DNA from: Candidatus Thalassarchaeaceae archaeon
GTDB taxonomy: Archaea > Thermoplasmatota > Poseidoniia > Poseidoniales > Thalassarchaeaceae
Direction of reading: 5' to 3'
Assembly: GCA_023700245.1 (NCBI GenBank)
Contig: JAJPRE010000001.1
Location: 2,022-66,021 of the forward strand
Length of the DNA stretch: 64,000 bases
In this document: positions 56,101 to 64,000 of the stretch, in pieces
Layout of the letters: each line of letters starts with the position of its first letter
Numbering within the stretch: position 1 is the first letter of the stretch
The notes under the pieces: generated by a model
Databases searched by the model: none
Told to the model about the DNA's origin: nothing
The model's input: the letters and a program-made list of their open reading frames with translations, nothing else
Made by a program: the position numbers and the translations under genes

Positions 56101-57623
56101 CAGCAGGATGGAATTTAGGATTTGATAAAATTGGGCCATTTGAAGGATCAGTATATGGATCAACTGGAACCTTGGTGAAAGGTGATTCAGTATCGATAGA
56201 AGTTACGATTGAATCACCAGGAGTTATGATTAATGCAGGAAGTGAATTTATAGCAGATTTAATAGTTGAATCTAGAGTAAGTGATGATGTATGGGCAATT
56301 GAATTACCTCTAATAGTTGAAATATTTGATGATATTCAAATATCTTTGGATTCGAATGATACACCACAACAGATATTATCTGATGGTAACTACGAGTTTA
56401 TGTTGGAAATATTAAATGATGGAAATAGGGATATGTCCATTCAACCTATTCAACAATCATTGCCAGGGGGCTGGACTTTATCTGGGCTAGATGAAATAAC
56501 AATAGAAATAGGGCAAAAAATGTATTTTCCTGTTTACCTATCGGGTAATGGTAAAGCAGTAAGTGGTGATTTAAAAATTAGATTTATTTCAGATGATGGA
56601 TTTTCATCAGATTGGAATTATTCTTTAGATGTAATATCAGGTGCAATGCCAATTGTTGATTTTTATAGAATCGAAATTCCAAATGGTCAATCTTCTGATG
56701 ATCCACTAGGCGTTGATTTCCATCCTGTAGGTACTCCTTTTGATTTGGGGTGGACCGTAACTAATCAGGGCACAGTAAGTTGGCAACCCAATGCAATAAT
56801 CGAATTACCTAACTTAGATTGGACTTCATCATGTTCCATATCTCCTCAAAAAGTGTATCCAGGAGAATCATCTAGAGTTTGGTGTACAGTAATCATACCT
56901 ATTTCTGCCGAGGCTAGTTCTGAACCAGAAATAACATTAGTTATGGAAGATGGCGGAGTAGAAACACGTAATCAAATATCACTCCTAGTGGAAGAAATAA
57001 TGCAAGTAAGTTGGACTTTAATTCAACAAAGTGATGTTTATGAAGATTCTTCAAATACTATGTATTTTGAATTACAAAATACTGGTAATACTGTAATTTC
57101 AGACAGAATCTATGCATCTGGGCCTAGTGGATGGGATGTTAGAATTTTAGATGGAATTATGGTAAATTTACAACCAGATCAAATTAAATCTGTCCAAATA
57201 GAATTTACGCCAGATAGTGGTACAGATGGCTCATTAATTTTGACTTTGGGCGATTCAGTTCCTAGCTCCGATAATAGTAAGAATATACCAGTAGTTGTCA
57301 AGGGTATAAATTCAGACAACTCACCACCATTCTTCATAATAGGACTATTTGCATTAATATTAATTGCATTATTAGGTGGATCAGTATATTTATATCAAAG
57401 AAACGATAATGATGTAAAGAGTATATTTAAAAATATTAATATACCCAAGAAAAAAGTTGAACCAGAAATTACTTTATCCTCCGAACAAGAATTTAATGGA
57501 GCATTTTCCCCAACTATTGAAACTTCAAATAATTTAGAAAAATATGATGAATATCCCGGTTGGTTATGGGATTCTGAAAAAGAGACATGGATTCCAGATC
57601 CCGAGCACACTGATGCATCATAA
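53178..57623 (+). CDS. Membrane-anchored S8 subtilase with PPC-like, CARDB and further Ig-like domains
   Basis: ADTGID, GHGTHVA, SGTSMATP catalytic triad; FAAGN, AKNVITVG, GRIKPD; C-terminal TM. Confidence 0.92.
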   Translation: MDKRTVILVLSLFLISYLPVFDYDYIKKPQEIEYLDTDYLRTEISPNPDTISNLEISNIYFGPEDKREVRADSSIGIYTENGLIPSVSMKSELTKYRSDLMIVLIDGDVGLWDARIKIMDSANVEIRSTIPPSGFLIQGTTDELNKINKLPIISASHEVPAGLLIDSNLYNNNYDDNVIIELSGWKDSDLIRYNSPGLDLNSSISEIALEWMINPFSPQNGTFIGEIKINNLDEIVMNPAVSYISPVFEILTFNNQARVHMGINTVENTYVTGLNGSGHLVAVADTGIDPDHGDFGNRITQVVNVAGDSSTADTNDGHGTHVACTVLGDGTRTSAYEGIAPKSELYFQAMEIDSNGQLSNSGIYGMLNSAYSSGGARFHTNSWGSQTGGSYTTQSEDADDRTSTWDQYWLYEGMTVLFAAGNEKDDGISSPGTAKNVITVGGHVNRYSGAPDEMYYYSSRGPTDDGRIKPDVTGPGDYVRSCLAQEAEDASTNIGDSYYIEYSGTSMATPATAGASVLVREYLMEIAERPAPQGSLVKAMLILGAIDMGTRDIPNGDEGWGRINLVNTLIPDEDIGIFVDDRSRLSSGQVNEYTFDVTRAGEPLKAVLAWSDYPGSSSSNIQLRNDLDLEVISPNGQITYLGNDFNNGRSTTGGSKDNRNNVEVVLIDSATTGIWTVKVRDSQHGGSRTYQPYSIAIRGVNVNDLTPDPTFIPGTFEISTPIPQVGEEVEISITVQNQGAGSFSGVPVAAYANSNPIGIQTISMSPGGSEELSWSWTPVSDDEGEVEISFYIDPNDILEELSEVNNFVSTLILVSTPGIRVSSENPIVRLGDAADSTTQWELIVTNTALFETNATISVSDPVRIRDGVTFEWFRSFTNVNFNLDASENIDITLTMAHPAPPQPGLYKMIVTGNDVENNLDSELEIYFDVPVLAQPQVILPSEEIMVSSFSDTKFSFDIKNNGNGAQTYDVSLISPAGWNLGFDKIGPFEGSVYGSTGTLVKGDSVSIEVTIESPGVMINAGSEFIADLIVESRVSDDVWAIELPLIVEIFDDIQISLDSNDTPQQILSDGNYEFMLEILNDGNRDMSIQPIQQSLPGGWTLSGLDEITIEIGQKMYFPVYLSGNGKAVSGDLKIRFISDDGFSSDWNYSLDVISGAMPIVDFYRIEIPNGQSSDDPLGVDFHPVGTPFDLGWTVTNQGTVSWQPNAIIELPNLDWTSSCSISPQKVYPGESSRVWCTVIIPISAEASSEPEITLVMEDGGVETRNQISLLVEEIMQVSWTLIQQSDVYEDSSNTMYFELQNTGNTVISDRIYASGPSGWDVRILDGIMVNLQPDQIKSVQIEFTPDSGTDGSLILTLGDSVPSSDNSKNIPVVVKGINSDNSPPFFIIGLFALILIALLGGSVYLYQRNDNDVKSIFKNINIPKKKVEPEITLSSEQEFNGAFSPTIETSNNLEKYDEYPGWLWDSEKETWIPDPEHTDAS

Positions 57624-57725
57624 ATCTCCTTATTACAGTTTTATACTAAATTTTAATTAATATAAAATAATATTTTTGATACGCATTTATTCAAAAGTCC
57701 TTTGAGTAAAGATTGATTCCGACAT

Positions 57726-60425
57726 ATGATGAGGAACAATCCAGCGGTCACGGTTTTTATCACTTTGATGCTAATTTCTGTCTCTCTTCCATTAGTATCT
57801 GCTTCAGTTAGTGTCAGTTTATCGGCTAGCCCAACTAGTCAATCTGCAACTTCAGATGATGCTGCAGAATACACCATAACAATTCAAAATTCTGGAGATG
57901 ATGATGCAACTGTTTCGCTATCAACATCTCAAGCCGCTGATTGTAATGGATATACTTCAACCCTTGAAGATCAAGTTGTTTCCGTTAGTTCAGGATCTTC
58001 AGAATCTACTACGCTTACAGTTTCCTTAGGTGAAAGTGCAGGAGATAGTTGTGAAACAACTGTAGCCGCGTCTGCCGTAGGGCAAGCACCAACAGATACC
58101 GATACTGCTGACATAACTGTCGAAACATCCAATGAAGACGGAGGTGGGCAATACTCAGTTAAAATAACTGTAAAGGACAACGATCCCCAATTAATTAATT
58201 ATGACAGTGAAGAAGATGGCGATCAAGTAAAGTGGGAACTTATTGTTGAAAACACTGGTGAACAATCTTCAGCCATGCAAATAGAAGTAACATCGGATAG
58301 TGATTGTGACTCGGATGGACTAAGTGCAACTTCAGACAAACAAACAACTGGGAGCTTAGGTTCAGGGGACACCGAAGAGGTGGAGATAACGGTAGATATA
58401 CCAGACGAGGGTGCTACTGAAGCAGACTCTCATTGTTTCATAATAAAAGCCACTGCTGCTCAGGATCCTAATGCTGCAGATAGGGCAGAAGATAATATTA
58501 CTCTAACTGTACAAATTCCGCAATTAAAAGAATGCGACGCATCCTTACAGAAAACTGCACATAGCCTAGATCCATTAGAATCAGCAACAAATTCTATCTC
58601 TTTGACAAATATTGGTAATACGGAATGGACTGTCACTGCTGCCGCAACCTCTGATGATTATGATGTTCAAGATTGGGTTGATTTTGATGCACCACTTAGT
58701 AAATTACTGAGTGAACCCGGAGGTACACAAGACTCTCATACATTTAGTTTTACAATAACTCCAGATGATTCTGTGGAACCTGGTACTATCCCAGTATATA
58801 TTCAAGGACGAGCAGGAACATCAGTTGGTTGTCAAGAAATATTGTATGTTACAGTAGGTCAAAATAAAGATGCTTCTTTATCATTGAGTACAAATAAGGT
58901 ATCCAATGTCGAACCAGGTTCTACAGAAAGAATTCAAGTTTTAGTGGCAAATACGGGCAATGGTCAAGACACATTTGCACTAGGGACAAATGACCTTCCA
59001 TCAGGCTGGCAAGTCTCTTTGTCTCAAAGTAGTGTGACAATAGATGGTAAGCATTGTGGCCCAAATAATTGTAATAAACAGAGCCTGGATGCAGATATTC
59101 AAGTGCCTAGTGATGCATTAGCAAATATTCAATATAGTTTCACATTTTATGTTAATTCCGGAGGTAATCAACACGATTCTATGTCTCTTGATGTTACTGT
59201 GGCAGCAGTTCATTCTGTAATAACTACACTTCCTTCAGACTCACAAACTGGTAAATTTGCTCAAATTGTTCAATTCCCGTTAAGTATAAAGAATACTGGT
59301 AATATTCAAGATACATTGGTGTTGGATGTTTGCAATCCAAACATAAATACCTCATGTTCAACACCTGCCTGGAATGCCTCTTTCTCAAACCAACAAGGAA
59401 ATACAGTATCTAGTTTAACCTTAGATCCCGATGAGATTGGAAATATATTTGTCGATATTCAAGTAGAAGATCCATTTGACAATAGTGAAGAATATTTCGA
59501 GATTAGGGTTGGTATTATTGGCTCCAATTTTCAATCTACCGAACTTGTTAAAGTAACTGTCTCAAATTATAATTATAGTATGGCAATTTCTTTCGAAAAT
59601 CCTGGAGATAGCCCAAGCTCATCTGAACTTGCTCTTCCTCCTGGGGGATTACATAGTACTTCTTTTTGGATTAATAATACTGGTGATGGTGGTGTTGATG
59701 AAGCTATAATTTCAATATATGGCATGGAGTCTTCAGTACTTAAATCAATAAAACTTGATGGAGTAATTACAAATGGTGAAATATCTATTCCTGCTAATTC
59801 TAGAGTTTTAATTGAAATAGAACTTGAGGTTATCGAAGGTGTTGAAAGTGGAAACTCAGGAACTATTACCGTCAGCGTTTCTTCAAAGAAAAATACTGCC
59901 AAAGTTTCTTCGATAACATTCAACATTGATGTTATTGTAATTCATGATTTACAGTATACTATGGATTCATCTCCAGAAGAGTTAACTGTAAAATATCCAG
60001 AAAGAGCTAGCTTTATTATCTATGTTACTAATAATGGAAATGCTATTGAAAATGTAGAAATAATTACTCCAGCACCTCTGAGAGAATGGTCCGTAGACGT
60101 AGTCCCTGATGATTTCAATCTTAATCCAGGGCAAACAAAACAAGTAGAGATTAGAGTTACTCCTCCAGTCGGTTTAAACCAAGATGACACCTATAAATTC
60201 ACAATAATTATACAACCTGAAGATACTCCTGTTGCAGGGCAACCAATAGAATTGACTGTAAATGCCGAAATATCTTCGATAAATTTAGCAAATGGATTAA
60301 TAGGAAAAATTCTTGTTTATAGCTCAATTATATTTGGATCTATTTTAGTCCTCACTTTGTTTTTAAGGACAAGAAAGGAGAATAAAATAATCTCTGAAGC
60401 ACTACTTTCTAACCAACAAGATTGA
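57726..60425 (+). CDS. Surface protein built of tandem CARDB/NEW3-like Ig domains with C-terminal TM
   Basis: Repeated xxNxGN/D strand motifs (QNSGD, ENTGE, TNIGN, ANTGN, KNTGN, NNTGD, TNNGN), paired Cys, signal peptide. Confidence 0.75.
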   Translation: MMRNNPAVTVFITLMLISVSLPLVSASVSVSLSASPTSQSATSDDAAEYTITIQNSGDDDATVSLSTSQAADCNGYTSTLEDQVVSVSSGSSESTTLTVSLGESAGDSCETTVAASAVGQAPTDTDTADITVETSNEDGGGQYSVKITVKDNDPQLINYDSEEDGDQVKWELIVENTGEQSSAMQIEVTSDSDCDSDGLSATSDKQTTGSLGSGDTEEVEITVDIPDEGATEADSHCFIIKATAAQDPNAADRAEDNITLTVQIPQLKECDASLQKTAHSLDPLESATNSISLTNIGNTEWTVTAAATSDDYDVQDWVDFDAPLSKLLSEPGGTQDSHTFSFTITPDDSVEPGTIPVYIQGRAGTSVGCQEILYVTVGQNKDASLSLSTNKVSNVEPGSTERIQVLVANTGNGQDTFALGTNDLPSGWQVSLSQSSVTIDGKHCGPNNCNKQSLDADIQVPSDALANIQYSFTFYVNSGGNQHDSMSLDVTVAAVHSVITTLPSDSQTGKFAQIVQFPLSIKNTGNIQDTLVLDVCNPNINTSCSTPAWNASFSNQQGNTVSSLTLDPDEIGNIFVDIQVEDPFDNSEEYFEIRVGIIGSNFQSTELVKVTVSNYNYSMAISFENPGDSPSSSELALPPGGLHSTSFWINNTGDGGVDEAIISIYGMESSVLKSIKLDGVITNGEISIPANSRVLIEIELEVIEGVESGNSGTITVSVSSKKNTAKVSSITFNIDVIVIHDLQYTMDSSPEELTVKYPERASFIIYVTNNGNAIENVEIITPAPLREWSVDVVPDDFNLNPGQTKQVEIRVTPPVGLNQDDTYKFTIIIQPEDTPVAGQPIELTVNAEISSINLANGLIGKILVYSSIIFGSILVLTLFLRTRKENKIISEALLSNQQD

Positions 60426-60514
60426 CCCTAGTTCAGATTACTTGCCGGATACACTTATGTTTAGTTTTCAGGTGGGCAAGATTGTTGCCCTCTGCTGGGC
60501 GACGTGGTGTCCCT

Positions 60515-60967
60515 ATGTCCGTACCTGAAGATTATATCGCTGTTGCAGTTATGGCACTGGTTGGAATAGGTTTTCCTGTGGGTAGTTTCATCGCTTCTAG
60601 ATTGCTTAGGCCAACTCCAAATCCTAATGATAAAACTCAGTTACGATCATGGTTATTACCTGGTTATGAAACTGATCAGACTCTATATGTTAGGCGTCAT
60701 AGTACATACGAATGTGGTTCTGAACCAGTTGGAGATGCACGCATCAATTTCCATTTCCAATATTACTGGTATGCAATAATATTTTTAGTTTTTGATATAG
60801 CATTCATGTTTCTAGCATTCGGTGGTGTCATAACAATCGAAAAAGGAGGATTACTTTTGTCCGATTCAGAAGTTTACAGCGCTTTATTCACACTTGTTAT
60901 TTTCATGACGTTAATGAGCCTTGGTGTTTGGCATGTTTTCAGGAAAAGAGGCAGAATCTACATTTGA
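60515..60967 (+). CDS. nuoA: NADH-quinone oxidoreductase subunit A
   Basis: STYECG, QYYWYAIIFLVFD. Confidence 0.92.
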   Translation: MSVPEDYIAVAVMALVGIGFPVGSFIASRLLRPTPNPNDKTQLRSWLLPGYETDQTLYVRRHSTYECGSEPVGDARINFHFQYYWYAIIFLVFDIAFMFLAFGGVITIEKGGLLLSDSEVYSALFTLVIFMTLMSLGVWHVFRKRGRIYI

Positions 60968-60976
60968 GGGAATATA

Positions 60977-61573
60977 ATGTCAGAAGATGGTCAAAATTAT
61001 ACAATGTTTAGTAGCCGTATGTTGGTTGATACTGTTGGAGATACTACTGATGCTGCATTGGAGGCCAGTGGCCTCAGGGAGGTAATTGGAGTTCTTGCTG
61101 GGCGATTATTCAATTGGGGGCAAAGAAAATCACTTTTTCCATTACATTTAGGAATAAAATGTTGCGCTCTTGAAATGGCTGCTGCAGGAGCTAGCCGCTT
61201 TGATGCAGAAAGATTTGGCGTTTTCTTCCGCTCTAGTCCACGGCAATGTGATGTATTACTAGTAAATGGCCCTATTACCAAAAAATTTGCAGATCCCATT
61301 GTTCGATTATGGGAACAAATGCCAGAGCCAAAGTGGTGTATTGCAATGGGCGAATGTGCAATTTCAGGTGGCCCATACTTTCAATCATACAATGTACTGG
61401 AAGGCGTAGATACAGTAATACCTGTTGATATTTATATTCCTGGATGCCCTCCTCGCCCAGAGGCATTAATTGATGGCTTTGGAAAACTGCGAGAAAAAAT
61501 TATTCGAATTGGTGCTGTTCCAAGCCACGCTAGGACTGATAGCGTTGCACCAATAATAATCGGAGATGAGTGA
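60977..61573 (+). CDS. nuoB: NADH-quinone oxidoreductase subunit B
   Basis: CCALEM, SPRQCD, MGECAISGG, PGCPPRPE. Confidence 0.95.
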   Translation: MSEDGQNYTMFSSRMLVDTVGDTTDAALEASGLREVIGVLAGRLFNWGQRKSLFPLHLGIKCCALEMAAAGASRFDAERFGVFFRSSPRQCDVLLVNGPITKKFADPIVRLWEQMPEPKWCIAMGECAISGGPYFQSYNVLEGVDTVIPVDIYIPGCPPRPEALIDGFGKLREKIIRIGAVPSHARTDSVAPIIIGDE

Positions 61574-62237
61574 GGAGATTCTTATGAATGGAGTATCGGA
61601 AGAATCGCAGATTTCTGCAGCAGAAGATTTAGTAAATGAAGTTGGCAAAATGGAAGGAGTTTCCGCTTTCGTAGATAAGAGAACTAGTGGAACTCAAGCC
61701 AGACCAATTGTTAATCTCACAGTCTCTCCTGAAAATTGGCGTAAAGTTGCAGAATCTATGTTTTCAGATCATGGGATAGATTACTGTTCAATGATTACTG
61801 GCATTCATTGGCCTGAATCATCAGATAAACAATGGGAAGTAATATACCACTTTCTCAGAACAGGAGTAAAAAATCCTCCAATTGTAGATGGTGTAGTTGA
61901 GCCAATAATAACTGATTCTTCACAATTAAAAGGATCGGATGTACCATTAGAAATTCAGATAAGTATACCTTTACAAGAAACTAGAGACCCCAAAGTAGCT
62001 AGTATTCAAGATATATGGGTTGGTGCTGATTGGAATGAAAAGGAAACATGGGATTTAGTTGGTATTGATTTCGAAGGTCATCAAGGTATGCGTCGAGTAC
62101 TACAACCACACGAAACTCCTAAAGGATATCATCCATTACAAAAACAGCATAAATTAAGGTATCATAACTTTGAAGAAATGTATGATGATGTTCAAGGTTT
62201 CAAAAGAAAACCAGCAGATTCAGAGAAAGTTAAATGA
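61566..62237 (+). CDS. nuoC: NADH-quinone oxidoreductase subunit C
   Basis: ADWNEKETWDLVGIDFEGH, HPLQK. Confidence 0.9.
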   Translation: MSEEILMNGVSEESQISAAEDLVNEVGKMEGVSAFVDKRTSGTQARPIVNLTVSPENWRKVAESMFSDHGIDYCSMITGIHWPESSDKQWEVIYHFLRTGVKNPPIVDGVVEPIITDSSQLKGSDVPLEIQISIPLQETRDPKVASIQDIWVGADWNEKETWDLVGIDFEGHQGMRRVLQPHETPKGYHPLQKQHKLRYHNFEEMYDDVQGFKRKPADSEKVK

Positions 62238-62246
62238 GGTGAAAAG

Positions 62247-63383
62247 ATGGCAGAAATGTGGATTTCAATGGGCCCACAACATCCTATGACGCATGGTCTA
62301 TGGACGTTAAAGGTGAAAGTTGACGGAGAAACTGTAGTCGATACCGAACCCGATTTGGGGTATATACACAGAGGTGTTGAAAAAATATGCGAAGCAAGAA
62401 ATTTTACTCAGATAACAACTTATTGTGACAGATTATGCTATGCTAGCGCCAATACATGGTCTCATGCTTACATCTATGCAGCTGAAGATTTACTTGGAGT
62501 TGAAGTACCAGAAAGGGCAGAATATATCCGCCTTGTAGCAGTTGAATTACAGAGAATAGCAAGCCACCTCATGTGGTTAGGGGCATATGGTCCAGATATT
62601 GGTAACCTGACCGTCATGGTGTGGTGCCTACGTGAAAGAGAGATGATGATGGATCTACTGCAAGAGCTCGGCGGTTCAAGAATGCATTACAATTTTCCAA
62701 GAGTTGGAGGAGTAAAACGTGATTTACCGCATGGCTTTGCAATGAGGGCACGCCATAAATTACGACTATTCTTAGATCGTATCCAGGAATATGAAGCCCT
62801 TTTTGATGAAAGTACGATATTCCTAATACGCAGTCAAGGCGTTGGATATGCAAAACCTGAAGAAATGATCAACCATGGAGTATCTGGTCCTAATTTGAGA
62901 GCAGGAGGAGTAAATCATGATATTAGGACTTCTCATCCATATTCAGTCTATTCAGAGCTAGATTGGGCTCCTGCAGTAGAACGCTCTTCAATTAAAGGAG
63001 CCGACTGTTATGACCGTTATCGTATAAGGGTGGAAGAGATGAGGCAGAGTGCTGATTTAGTATTACAAGCTCTAGATAAAATGCCCGGTGGGGCTGAAAC
63101 TTATCACGAACCCGGAGACCCTAAAATTCTGGCAAAAGCTCCCTCCCGTGCTCCAGAAGGAACCTCTGGATCACATCACTTTGAAGATAGCAGAGGTGAA
63201 TCAATGTTTTACTTAGCAGGAGGGGGAGAAGGAAGAGGCAAGATGCCTTATCGGGTATCTATCAGATCTCCAATATTTATTACAATTCCATATGCATCCA
63301 AATGTATGATTGGTTACAAAGTAGCAGATATACCTGCAATTATGGGTTCCTTTGATCCATGCATTGGAGAAACAGATAGGTGA
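62247..63383 (+). CDS. nuoD: NADH-quinone oxidoreductase subunit D
   Basis: GPQHPMTHG, GYIHRGVEK, DRLCY, C-terminal GETDR. Confidence 0.95.
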   Translation: MAEMWISMGPQHPMTHGLWTLKVKVDGETVVDTEPDLGYIHRGVEKICEARNFTQITTYCDRLCYASANTWSHAYIYAAEDLLGVEVPERAEYIRLVAVELQRIASHLMWLGAYGPDIGNLTVMVWCLREREMMMDLLQELGGSRMHYNFPRVGGVKRDLPHGFAMRARHKLRLFLDRIQEYEALFDESTIFLIRSQGVGYAKPEEMINHGVSGPNLRAGGVNHDIRTSHPYSVYSELDWAPAVERSSIKGADCYDRYRIRVEEMRQSADLVLQALDKMPGGAETYHEPGDPKILAKAPSRAPEGTSGSHHFEDSRGESMFYLAGGGEGRGKMPYRVSIRSPIFITIPYASKCMIGYKVADIPAIMGSFDPCIGETDR

Positions 63384-63387
63384 TTTT

Positions 63388-64000
63388 ATGGCAAGTAGTG
63401 ATTGGCTGAATATCCGTGGCTGGACCGAATCCATTATTGGATGGTCTATGGATACTACTCATGATTTATTGCCTGAATCAGTTCAAGCTGAATTTGCATC
63501 TATTCAACCTGCATTGGAACTATTTTTTATTGCTACAATAATGTGTACAGTAGTTTTCGCTGTTATGATGCTCACCCTTATGGTCGTTCCATATATTGAA
63601 CGTAAATTTATTGGCCGTCTAATGGATAGAATTGGAGCAACAACCTCACTTCGTAGTTTATGGATAGGTGAGGGAAATGCAACTGCTGGAGATTGGTGGA
63701 ATAAGTTACCAATGGGGTTAGGTGGGCCTATAGGGTTTGCAAATAAAAAATTAAACCAATCCTTCGGTAATGAACATCCAGAAGAAACCATTGCCAGAGT
63801 AAATAATCGTGGATATCATGGAATATGGTTTTTATTTCCTGGCTTCTTTCAAGCATTAGCAGATTTTATGAAATTTGCAACAAAAGAACATATGGTTCCT
63901 GATAAGGCTGATAAATTAGTCTTTGAAGTAGCGCCAGTAATTATAATTGCAACTACTATTATGGTATTTGCATTTGTACCATTTGGCCCTCATATATGGG
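63388..64000 (+). CDS. nuoH: NADH-quinone oxidoreductase subunit H (truncated by window end)
   Basis: Hand translation from ATG 63388 gives YIERKFIGRLMDRIG...PGFFQALADFMKFATKE...FEVAP. Not in the ORF track. Confidence 0.9.
   Translation, partial: MASSDWLNIRGWTESIIGWSMDTTHDLLPESVQAEFASIQPALELFFIATIMCTVVFAVMMLTLMVVPYIERKFIGRLMDRIGATTSLRSLWIGEGNATAGDWWNKLPMGLGGPIGFANKKLNQSFGNEHPEETIARVNNRGYHGIWFLFPGFFQALADFMKFATKEHMVPDKADKLVFEVAPVIIIATTIMVFAFVPFGPHIW

Noticed and set aside
63504-63791. 95-aa minus-strand ORF
   Set aside because: Antisense shadow of nuoH.

Overview
AT-rich, gene-dense archaeal chromosome segment. The pus10-rpl21e-rpo4-DUF655-ksgA cluster, rpl15e, an intron-containing C1:G72 tRNA-Tyr, FtsZ2, PGF-CTERM sorting signals and GGTGA Shine-Dalgarno motifs point to a euryarchaeon. 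The large membrane-anchored proteases and bacterial-type accessory genes best fit Marine Group II (Ca. Poseidoniales), which is an inference. Layout: (1) 1-19.6 kb, an apparent light/oxidative-stress and carotenoid island (MMPL/RND, two BCP peroxiredoxins, SRPBCC-TIGR01777, class II photolyase, bacterial-type RibA, TrmB-V4R regulator, UbiB kinase, SDR, ABA4-like, CrtI, triple-fasciclin/cupredoxin surface protein, Rieske ferredoxin, CrtB); (2) 19.7-45.8 kb, housekeeping genes (translation, glycolysis, lipid-carrier synthesis, peptide uptake, cell division); (3) 45.8-60.4 kb, five surface proteins, four of them large, including an S8 protease and a 1460-aa unknown; (4) 60.5-64 kb, the start of a complex I-like operon nuoABCD-H without nuoEFG. 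I read five genes absent from the ORF track: the two edge-truncated genes (MMPL, nuoH), two small membrane proteins, and a DUF59-like gene that appears to start at ATT. No CRISPR array, transposase or integrase was seen. All family calls come from motif recognition by eye, not from database searches.
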